The translations under genes and the position numbers were made by a program. 64,000 nt of DNA from Octopus vulgaris (taxonomy: Eukaryota). Under the pieces are notes generated by a model. That model worked only from the letters and a program-made list of their open reading frames with translations, made no database searches and had not been told where the DNA came from. Positions 53,301 to 64,000 of this stretch are shown in pieces; the stretch's first letter is position 1; the number at the start of each line of letters is the position of its first letter. The DNA is taken from the NCBI GenBank assembly GCA_951406725.2, contig OX597839.1, forward strand, positions 26,784,001-26,848,000. Direction: 5' to 3'.

Positions 53301-53641
53301 TAAAAATTAAGACAAAAAATAATAATTCTTTCATGTTTTGTCATTAGTCCGGGTGCTGTGGCCATGCTGGAGCATGTGTGTATAAAGTATGTGTGTGTGT
53401 GTGTGTGTGTGTGTACAGTGTAAGTGTGCATAACGAACAACGTTCACACACACACATACACACGCAGGCGTAGCTGTGTGGTAAAGAAAGCATGTTTCCC
53501 AAACATGTGATTTTGAGTTCAGTCCCACAGCGCGGCAATTTGGGCAAAGTGACTTCTATAGTCGCCCCGGGACGACCGAAGCTTTGTCCAGTGGATTTCG
53601 GAGGCGGAAACTGAAAGAAGCCTACATACATATTATCAACT

Positions 53642-54143
<502 letters not shown>

Positions 54144-54243
54144 AACAATTGCAGCGTGGAAGGTGTTTGTAAGCCATTTAAGAAACACACAAAAGCCGTT
54201 CGATTCACTTCAACATTTAAGTTTAATTTGTCAAAATATTTTC

Positions 54244-54475
54244 TTATTTCTTTATTGCCCAGAAGGGGCTAAACATACAGGGGACAAACAAGGACAGACA
54301 AAGGGATTAAGTCGATTACATCGACCCCAGTGCGTAACTGGTACTTATTTAATCGACAGCGAAAGGATGAAAGGCAAAGTCGACCTCGTCAGAATTTGAA
54401 CTCAGAACGTAACGGCAGACGAAATGACGCAAAGCATTTCGCCCGGCGTGCTAACGTTTCTGCCAGCTCGCCGCC
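54244..54475 (-). mobile_element. SINE family B (Tx1-type tail) with 21-bp TSD
   Basis: TTAATTTGTCAAAATATTTTC at 54223-54243 and 54476-54496. Confidence 0.93.
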
Positions 54476-54601
54476 TTAATTTGTCAAAATATTTTCGTCG
54501 CTTTGAGACCGCGACCTGTTTGTTCACTGACAAAAATCCGTGCAGAGTAGTTGGGTGGTGCTGTTATTTCATCAACCCTCAAAGAACGAAACGCAAACAT
54601 A

Positions 54602-55008
54602 GGCGCAGGAGTGGCTGTGTGGTAAGTAGCTTGCTGACCAACCACATGGTTCCGGGTTCAGTCCCACTGCGTGGCATCTTGGGTAAGTGTCTTCTGCTAT
54701 AGCCCTGGGCCGACCAATGCCTTGTGAGTGGATTTGGTAGACGGAAACTGAAAGAAGCCTGTCGTATATATGTATATATATATATATGTATGTGTGTGTG
54801 AGTGTTTGTGTGTGTTTGTCCCTCTAGCATTGCTTGACAACCGATGCTGGTGTGTTTACGTCCCCGTCACTTAGCGGTTCGGCAAAAAGAAACCGACAGA
54901 ATAAGTACTGGGCTTACAAAAAGAATAAGTCGCGGGGTCGAGTTGCTCGACTAAAGGCGGTGCTCCAGCATGGCCGCAGCCAAATGACTGAAACAAGTAA
55001 AAGAGAGA
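54602..55008 (+). mobile_element. SINE family A, full length
   Basis: Matches the 45853 copy end to end. Confidence 0.93.
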
Positions 55009-55350
55009 ATCGGTCGCCGCCCGAATTTGAACTCAAAACGCAGTGAGCCGAAACGAATTATTTCAAGGCATTGCTAGCTTCCGCTCTAACGATGTTACCA
55101 CTTCCCGCTTCACAACCATCTCCACCACCACAACCATCCGCACCACCCTTCGTTCCATTACAGACACACAAAAAAAATTAAAATGGCGTTCCCCTTAGGA
55201 ATTCCCAGCATGCAAAGCATTCGTTACATAACATCAAAAGATGTAAATTAAGTAATTAAGATTTTCACATAAATCTTTTTAATTGTTATGTTTGGCAGCC
55301 GGGAAGAAGGTACACACATGATGTATTCTTGTGTTCTTCTGTTCGTTTAA

Positions 55351-55700
55351 TTGTTTCAGTCATTTGACTGCGGCTATGCTGGAGCACCGCCTTTAGTCGA
55401 GCAACTCGACCCCGGGACTTATTCTTTTGGAAGCCCAGTACTTATTCTATCGGTCTCTTTTGCCGAACCGCTAAGTGACGGGGACATAAACACACCAGCA
55501 TCGGTTGTCAAGCAATGCGAGGGGGACAAACACAGACACACGAACACACACACACACACACATATACACAAATATATATACATATATACGACGGGCTTCT
55601 TTCAGTTTCCGTCTACCAAATCTACTCACAAGGCATTGGTCGGCCTGAGGCTATAGCAGAAGACACTTGCCCAAGGTGCCATGCAGTGGGACTGAACCCG
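55351..55700 (-). mobile_element. SINE family A, 5'-truncated (followed by a decayed copy to ~55860)
   Basis: Sequence match to family A. Confidence 0.9.
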
Positions 55701-56062
55701 GATGTATTCTTTTGTTCTTTAATTGTTTCAGTCATTTGACTGTGGCTATGCTGGAGCACCGCTGTGACGGACTTATTCTTCGTAAGCATGGTACTTATTC
55801 TATCGGCCTATTTTTGCCGAACCCGTTGTCAAGCGATGGCCGAGGGACAAACACATACACACACAACACACACATAAAACAAGAGAAAGAAAATGGAGAT
55901 TTGGAAGTTAATTAACTATTATTAACAACAAATTAATCGCCATCCTTTACAGATGTAAAAGATGGCGATTAATTTACTGTTGATAATAAACAATTAATTT
56001 ATATATGCGCTCCGTGAGAGCAGTCATCTAAAAGTTTTTGTGAATCTTGATGTTGACATAAA

Positions 56063-56161
56063 TTCCTTGTTTTTCCTGATGAGAAAGCGGCATAATGTAC
56101 CCCTTATTCCTTCACAATTAGGAATATGCAGCCTTCGAAACATATGTCGAAAATAAAGGAA
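56063..56161 (+). ncRNA. Type-I hammerhead ribozyme (GUC) in a Penelope-like unit (~55920-56360)
   Basis: Stem I TTTTC/GAAAA extended by TTCCTT/AAGGAA; CTGATGA 56076-56082; stem II GAAAGC/GCCTTC (GAAGGC in the 3600 copy) with TATTCCT/AGGAATA extension; GAAAC-ATAT-GTC 56137-56148. Confidence 0.8.
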
Positions 56162-56358
56162 ATTTGTTAATTTGTCGTTCAACTCCATTCTTTCATTTAT
56201 TCATAAATTTTATAAAAATACACACAAATTTCCACACGAAAACACGTAGTCTCTGCCCTAGGCACGTAACTTCAACCGTGTTATTTCTGATGTGAATTTG
56301 CTACCCAGGTATCGGTTAAACGAATTATCCATAAAAAGATATTTCATTTTTCTACTCA

Positions 56359-56424
<66 letters not shown>

Positions 56425-56547
56425 ACGTATGTATGTATATATATACCTATTATTTTAAAGAAATCAATTGCCCCCAAATATTAGGTATTGTACCAGTATT
56501 TCGTTGGATGAAACCATCCCTTCATGAGGTTAACACAACCTCTAATC

Positions 56548-56588
<41 letters not shown>

Positions 56589-56663
56589 GACAACAAAAGA
56601 ATGAATGAGACCTCGATATTATGTAAATAGAGGAATTTATCTATTTATCTATCTATCTTTCTT

Positions 56664-56710
<47 letters not shown>

Positions 56711-57189
56711 GTCTCTCTCTCTATATATAGATATACATACGCACACATATATACATACATACATACATACATACATACATACATACATACATACATACAC
56801 ACACACACAAACATACACACACATATATATATATATGTATATGAAATATATTACAAACAGTAAGTTGTTATAGTAATACTCAGAGTTTCAAATGCCAGAG
56901 CTGAGAGCTTCTCTGGTATTTGAAACTCTGAGTATTATTACGATAACTTACCGATTGTCCTATATTATTTATATACGACGGGCTTCTTTCAGTTTCCATC
57001 CACCAAATCCACTCACAGGGCTTTGGTCGACCCGAGGCTAGAAGACACTTGCCCAAGGTGCCGCGTCGTGAGACTGAACCCAGAACCATGTGGTTGGGAA
57101 GCAAGCTTCTTACCATACAGCCATGACTGCATAATGTTTTTTACCAATTCATTTTTACAAATCTTACTAACTCTCTCTCTTTTTTCTCT

Positions 57190-57403
57190 CTCTCTTACTT
57201 GTTTCAGTCATTTGACTGCGGCCATGCTGGAGCACCGCCTTTAGTCGAGCAAATCGACCCCGGGACTTATTCTTTGTAAGCCCAGTACTTATTCTATCGG
57301 TCTCTTTTGCCGAACCACTAAGTAACGGGGACGTAAACACACCAGCATCGGTTGTCAAGCAATGCTAGGGGGACAAACACAGACACAAACATATACGCAC
57401 ACA

Positions 57404-57454
<51 letters not shown>

Positions 57455-57616
57455 GACAGGCTTCTTTCAGTTTCCGTCTGCCAAATCCACTCACAAGGCA
57501 TTGGTCGGCCCGGGGCTATAGCAGAAGACACTTGCCCAAGGTGCCACGCAGTGGGACTGAACCCGGAACCATGTGGTTGGTAAACAAGCTACTTACCACA
57601 CAGCCACTCCTGCGCC
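57190..57616 (-). mobile_element. SINE family A, full length (partial copy at 56975-57130)
   Basis: Sequence match to family A. Confidence 0.93.
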
Positions 57617-58064
57617 TATTTTTAATTATTTTATTTATTTATTATATTTTATTTATTTATTTCTTATTTTATTTATTTATTTATTTATTTATTTTATTTA
57701 TTTGCTTATTTCTTTATTTTATTTATTCATTTTATTTATACACACGGAACATTACTCCCAAGGTCGCAGTTTCCTTTCTAGTTTTGTTTTTTAACCTCAT
57801 TTTTCGTCCCCCCACCCCGCCCCCTTTCACTTTCACCCAGATGACGTATGCTTTAAAGAAAAAGGTAAAAAAAGAAAAAGAAAAGAAACGAAAACGAGAG
57901 CATCCGCTTCTGTTTTTGTAAGCACCTCCCAAGAAAACTCATTAATATCAAAAGAAGAAGCAAAAGCGTGAAGGTATCGAAATGATACCACGTGATCAAC
58001 AAAAGAATGAATGAGACCTCGGTATTATGTAAATAGAGGAATTTGTCTATCCATCTATCTATCC

Positions 58065-58280
<216 letters not shown>

Positions 58281-58602
58281 AGTTGCAATCAATATTATTT
58301 ATTGCTGTTTTCTTGCCTCCAACTTCCTCTTCGGTATTTTTCTTCAGTTTTGCTTATTCTTCATCGTTGCCACAAAAAAAGCGCATCTCTCCTCAGCCAT
58401 TTTGTTTACTCGGAAATCATTCGAGTAGATAAGATTTATTCGACCTTCATTACGTTTTAATGTGTTGCCTTTGATGAAACGTAGATTATCAAGAAAGGAA
58501 GCTGGCAGAATTGGTTCATCACCGGATTGATTACTTCCGTTTTCTTTTAAACTTTTCGTGTGTGGTGTTTAATTATAAGATTCTTTGCATTCCAAGTCTA
58601 AT

Positions 58603-58990
58603 GGATGGAAGCACTCCGTCGGTTACGACGACGAGGGTTCCGGTTGATCCGAATCAACGGAACAGCTTGCTCGTGAAATTAACGTGTAAGTGGCTGAGCA
58701 CTCCACAGACACGTGTACCCTTAACGTAGTTCTCGGAGATATTCAGCGTGACACAGAGAGTGACAAGGCCGGCCCTTTTGAAATACAGGTACAACAGAAA
58801 CAAGAAGTAAGAGTGAGAGAAAGTTGTGGCGAAAGAGTACAGCAGGGATCACCACCATCTCCTGCCGGAGCCTCGTGGAGCTTTAGGTATTTTCGCTCAA
58901 TAAACACTCACAACGCCCGGTCTGGGAATCGAAACCGCGATCCTACGACCGCGAGTCTGCTGCCCTAACCACTGGGCCATTGCGCCTCCA
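58603..58990 (-). mobile_element. SINE family C, full length
   Basis: 15-bp TSD CATTCC(A/G)AGTCTAAT (58588-58602, 58991-59005). Confidence 0.93.
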
Positions 58991-59245
58991 CATTCCGAGT
59001 CTAATATCCCGCGTTTGTCAAGTTTGCTTTTAATCCTGCTGGTGGGGCTGATAAAAATAACAGCACCAGCGAATTAAGTACGAGGGTTGATATAATCAAT
59101 CATTTATTTTTTCTCCAAATCGATTCTCTCGTCGCTTCGACGAATAAGGGGTCACAAGGACATAGTTGAGGCCTGCGAGAAACGACCATCATCTTATGGC
59201 CGCTTATGTGCAAGGTCAAAATCAAAGATGTCTAGAAGCATCCTT

Positions 59246-59524
59246 GTGGAAGCGCAATGGTCCAGTGGTTAAGGCAGTGGACTCGCGGTTGGAGGATCAC
59301 GGTTTCGATTCCCAGACCGGGCGTTGTGTGTGTTTATTGAGCGAAAACACCTAAAGCTCCACGATGCTCCGGCAGCGGGTGGTGGCGACCCCTGTTGTAC
59401 TCTTTCGCCGCAACTTTCTCTCACTCTTTCTTCCTGTTTCTTGAGTCCAGCTGGGGGGAACACATACGTCACAGAAACCGGGAAACCGGGCCCATGAGCC
59501 TGGCTAGGCTTGAAAAGGGCGCAT
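59246..59524 (+). mobile_element. SINE family C, alternative-tail variant
   Basis: Family C head and body to ~59440, then GGGGAAC..GAAACCGGGAAACCGGGCCCATGAGCC as in the 4174 copy. Confidence 0.85.
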
Positions 59525-59716
59525 CGTCCACCTGTAGCATCGTCCACCTGTCCTTGTCGCCTCTTTCCCCATCGCCACTTACTTATGTGATGGTGTTGGG
59601 GCCAAGGCCCTTGCTTTGCCGAACAATGACTATCAATACATTGGGAATAGATTGAGCAGGGGCTGCCGTCAAGTTTTTGTCGATATCTATATTATATACG
59701 GCGGTCTTTGTTGTCC

Positions 59717-59788
59717 GGCTCGTTGGTCTAGCGGTATGATTCTCGCTTCGGGTGCGAGAGGTCCCGGGTTCAATTCCCAGACGAGCCC
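59717..59788 (+). tRNA. trnP-CGG: tRNA-Pro(CGG), one T-stem mismatch
   Basis: 72-nt cloverleaf GGCTCGT..ACGAGCC-C, anticodon arm CTCGC-TTCGGGT-GCGAG, T7 terminator 6 nt downstream; C50.A64 mismatch. Confidence 0.9.
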
Positions 59789-60141
59789 AAAGCGTTTTTT
59801 TACCTACTTATTGTCATTTTTAGTGATTTTATTAATACGGCATGGTAGTGAATGCATGGTATGAAGTTTGCCGACAAGAAAATACAAGAGGATCAGTTAA
59901 TTATGATTTTATTCAACATATTCTCCTCCTCTCCGATTCACACACTTATTGCAGGGGTCATTCAGTTATATAGAATAAGTACTAGGATTACAAAGAATAA
60001 GTCCTAGGGTCGACTTGTTCGACTAAAGGCGATGCTCCAGCATGACCGCAGTCAAATGCCTAATGTAGGTAAAAGAGTATATATATATATATATATATAT
60101 ATATACGTACACACACACACACACACACACATTTATACATA

Positions 60142-60359
60142 CAAGGGGGTGCTGAAAAGTTCCTGGTCTGAGGTGAAAGAAAATACAGGAGGACCAGTTA
60201 ATTATGATTTTATTCAATATAACCCCTTCTCAGATTCACACACTTACTGCAGTGGTCCTTCAGTTTTTCTAAGTCCTGTAAAAAGAACTCGGAAAGTTGA
60301 GCCTCCAACCAGGCCTTTCGCGACACCCTTAAAGCCAGGAACTCTTCAGTACCACCTCG
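60142..60359. mobile_element. Tc1/mariner-type MITE
   Basis: TA|CAAGGGGGTGCTGAAAAGTTCCTGG...CCAGGAACTCTTCAGTACCACCTCG|TA. Confidence 0.85.
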
Positions 60360-60501
60360 TAGACGTGAGTGTGTGTGTACTTTTGTTTAAGTACGCATGA
60401 CACTGCGACATATATATATATATGTATTATATACAACACGTACACGCATAAAAATGTCGAAAAGAAGTAAAAAAAAAAAAAAAAAAGCAATTAAACTTTA
60501 T

Positions 60502-60573
60502 GGGCTCGTCCGGGATTCGAACCCGGGACCTCTCGCACCCAAAGCGAGAATCATACCCCTAGACCAACGAGCC
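60502..60573 (-). tRNA. trnP-TGG: tRNA-Pro(TGG)
   Basis: Canonical 72-nt cloverleaf, anticodon loop TTTGGGT, GTTCGAATC T-loop, downstream oligo-T. Confidence 0.97.
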
Positions 60574-60829
60574 GGACACAATTCAGCTTACAATAAAGAC
60601 TTATCAGCTGAACGTCGCGCAACATGTTGCTTTTGGTTCGATCTGTTTTTAACCTTCACCGCCCCTTCCGACACCACCTTATCTTTCTCACGCCCTCCCC
60701 ACAACCCTCCTTGTTTAACCCCTGGTCAATACTGATCCAGCAGCCACGTTCCAGTGGGTCCTTTTCTAATATGGAGAGCGACGGTGATTAAAGACAAATT
60801 TCACTGTTACTTCATCTGTCCATCCATCC

Positions 60830-60860
<31 letters not shown>

Positions 60861-61163
60861 CGCTGTACGTCTGTCTGTCTGTCTGTCTGTCTGTCTGTTC
60901 GCTGTCCGTCTGTCTGTTTGTCTGTCTGTCTGTCTGTATGTATGTCTGTCTGTCTGTCTGTCTATGTGTCTGTCTGTCTATCGTATTTGATCTACCTGAA
61001 ACGTCACTGGCCAGTCTGAATTATTCCCGTATCTTTCCTGCTAACGATAAGATCGAATAGCTGCTGTGCTGGTGACGCCTATTAAGATAGAAACACACAC
61101 ACACATACATATATACATATATATATATATACGCACACACATATATATATGCATATATATATA

Positions 61164-61239
<76 letters not shown>

Positions 61240-61311
61240 TATATATATATATATTTATATACATATATACATATACATTTATCAAGATAAAAACATGATG
61301 CAAAGGATTTA

Positions 61312-61398
61312 GCGGTACATATGTTTCGGGCCTTTATTAGACGGTTTATAACAATGCATAATTGATGTAAATGTGTGTCTATAGCCTTCTTCAGCCGC
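61312..61398 (-). ncRNA. Type-I hammerhead ribozyme candidate (GUA)
   Basis: GCGG-CTGAAGA-AGGC..TAGAC..GTCTA..GCCC-GAAAC-ATAT-GTA-CCGC; A.C mismatch at the base of stem II; unit 61280-61520 lies between (TA)n tracts. Confidence 0.7.
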
Positions 61399-61578
61399 GT
61401 ACAATTACTACCTCAAGGACATGTATTACATTATAAGTTTTACGTTGGGGATGCAAATCCTCATAGTCGCGTACGACAGAGCGAGGCACCAAGACAAAAT
61501 CAAAGCGTCCATCCCGTACATATATATACAATATATATAACATATATATATATATATGTATATATATATAATATATAT

Positions 61579-61653
<75 letters not shown>

Positions 61654-61691
61654 CATGTATATATATATATATGTATATATGTGTGTATATA

Positions 61692-61733
<42 letters not shown>

Positions 61734-61800
61734 TTCATTATATATATATATGTATAAATATGTATATATATATGTATATATATGTATATATATGTGTATA

Positions 61801-61868
<68 letters not shown>

Positions 61869-62628
61869 TGTATGTATGTACACACACACACACACACACA
61901 TATATATACCTTTTAAATTTGTTTACGGGAAACGCTTTGAATATGCAAATAAAGCTCCTATTCCATGATGCCTTCCACAGTCTAATGAAATTGACTGGTG
62001 AACCAGTTTTTGGATAAATATCATTATAATAACAATAATATCTAGATGTAATTTATATACATCTTAATGCATCGCTACGTGTGTTTCCGCAAATCGCACG
62101 CCTCTTAAGATCACAGTTCCTTACTTCCAAGAATACGGACTATGATCTTAAGAGACATGCGATTTGAGGAAACGTGCGTAGCGATGCATTACATATTTAT
62201 AAATTCCACCCAAGGATTACTGTTAATATTACTACACACACACATGCGCATACATACATACATACATACATACATACATACATACATACATACATACATA
62301 CATACATACATACATTCATACATACATTCATACATACATACATACATACATACATACATACATACACACACACATACATGCACACACACACACACACGCA
62401 CACACACACATATATATATTTATATATATATATATATATCATACAAAATGGGACAAGAACGCGAAACATCCGAGCAGCAAGGTGATACAAAAAGGGACAA
62501 CAAAACATTCAGATAGACGATACAAAGAAAACAAGGACGGGTCATTGGAAGCCTTTTATCCTCAGTCAAGAACAGGATCATCCTCGCAATTTCGGCTGAT
62601 TATATATATATATATATATATATATATA

Positions 62629-62710
62629 GGCGCAGGCGTGGCTGTGTGGTAAGTAGCTTGCTAATGCCTTGTGAGTGGATTTGGTAGACGGAAACTGAAA
62701 GAAGCCTGTC

Positions 62711-62782
<72 letters not shown>

Positions 62783-62992
62783 TTGTGTGTCTGTGTTTGC
62801 CCCCCTAGCATTGCTTGACAACCGATGCTGATGTGTTTACGTTCCCGTCACTTAGCGGTTCGGCAAAAGAGACCGATAGAATAAGTACTGGGCTTACAAA
62901 GAATAAGTCCCGGGGTCGATTTGCTCGACTGAAGGCGGTGCTCCAGCATGGCCGCAGTCAAATGACTGATACAAGTAAAAGAGTAAAAGAGA
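62629..62992 (+). mobile_element. SINE family A with internal deletion
   Basis: Sequence match; the B-box segment is missing. Confidence 0.9.
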
Positions 62993-63095
62993 TATATTCT
63001 AATAGTGTCTTGGGTGGGGCATTACGCCAATAATAACACACACACTGGTTCACTATCACTTTTTCATTGTTAGTCACTTGGTTAAATATTAAACC

Positions 63096-63567
63096 TAGGG
63101 GTCGCCAAACTTTTTCGACCATCAAACCCCCTTTAGCCACTTCTTCTGCATCGACCACCCTCCTCATTTAAAATATCTTAATACCCCACTGTACCATATC
63201 TTAAATGCGTGCCGGGTACTGATGTTGGCAATTAAAATGTTAGCTAAAACAAACACGTTTGACAAATTAAGGAATTCTATTGAAGAAGGCGCACTTTTTA
63301 CATTTAAAACTTTGTGTATGAATATACATTATTAAACCATTAATTTTTATGAAATTGTTTTCACAGAAAATGTGGAAAACACATATTGCTGGAATATCTT
63401 TTATTGAAATTGGCAACATTTACGGGAGGGATGGGCATGGCGCTGACCAAGTATTTCAAACAGTTCATCTGCGTGAGCTGGTCTTTCGCATGCCAACCTC
63501 CATTCAACCCCTGTAATTCCTCGCCAACCCCCTAAGGGGTCCCTCGGTCCCCCTTTAGCAACCACTG
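63096..63567. mobile_element. hAT-type non-autonomous element
   Basis: Imperfect TIR TAGGGGTCGCCAAA / TTTAGCAACCACTG and 8-bp TSD ATTAAACC/ATTTAACC. Confidence 0.75.
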
Positions 63568-63756
63568 ATTTAACCAATTATAAAGACACACACACATATA
63601 CATATTATAGTAAAAGACACTTGCTCTAAGAGCCACGCAGTGGAACTGAACCCGGAACCATGCGATAGGAAAGCAAGCTTCATACCATGCATTCACAACC
63701 ATGCCGTATTAGTAAAATCACTAAAAACGACGATAAGTAGGTAAAAAAAACTCTTT

Positions 63757-63828
63757 GGGCTCGTCCGGGAATTGAACCCGGGACCTCTCGCACCCGAAGC
63801 GAGAATCATACCCCTAGACCAACGAGCC
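63757..63828 (-). tRNA. trnP-CGG: tRNA-Pro(CGG)
   Basis: Canonical 72-nt cloverleaf, anticodon loop TTCGGGT, T8 terminator, upstream TATATTATATA. Confidence 0.97.
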
Positions 63829-64000
63829 AGACGACAAAGGCCACCGTATATAATATAGATATCGACAAGAACCATCTGAATGTCGTGTGACATGTCACTG
63901 TTTTTTGACCTGGTTTTTTTACCTTCCCCCTCCTCTCTCTCTCTTCTCACACCTCCATCTCTGTCACACGATCACCTCCCTCTTCCTCTCTCTCTCTTTG

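Overview
Repeat-dense, AT-rich eukaryotic genomic DNA. It is most likely an octopus or other cephalopod genome, inferred from the SINE families and microsatellite load. One 100-N gap lies at 37629-37728. The only confident protein gene is an intronless class-A GPCR (48403-49533, minus strand); there is also a weak candidate terminal exon at 1141-1232. Three tRNA-Pro genes sit near the right end. Nearly all other ORF-track entries are microsatellite artefacts or decayed transposon frames. Mobile DNA includes four tRNA-derived SINE families, RTE-, CR1/L2-, Tx1/L1- and Penelope-type retroelement relics, a 1010-bp solo LTR, several mariner/Tc1 elements and MITEs, three Helitron-like elements and a hAT MITE. 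Three things stand out. (1) At least five hand-folded type-I hammerhead ribozymes occur in unrelated short elements embedded in (TA)n, with further decayed or interrupted copies, one split exactly in its stem-III loop by the solo LTR. (2) A 2.6-kb CpG-rich 22-bp satellite is built on the NRF1/Ewg palindrome GCGCATGCGC. (3) A Tx1-like LINE 3' tail is shared by one SINE subfamily and by (TATC)n-embedded stubs, and it repeatedly joins the same short window inside another SINE. All folding and alignment was done by eye, and repeat boundaries are approximate unless a TSD or TIR is quoted.
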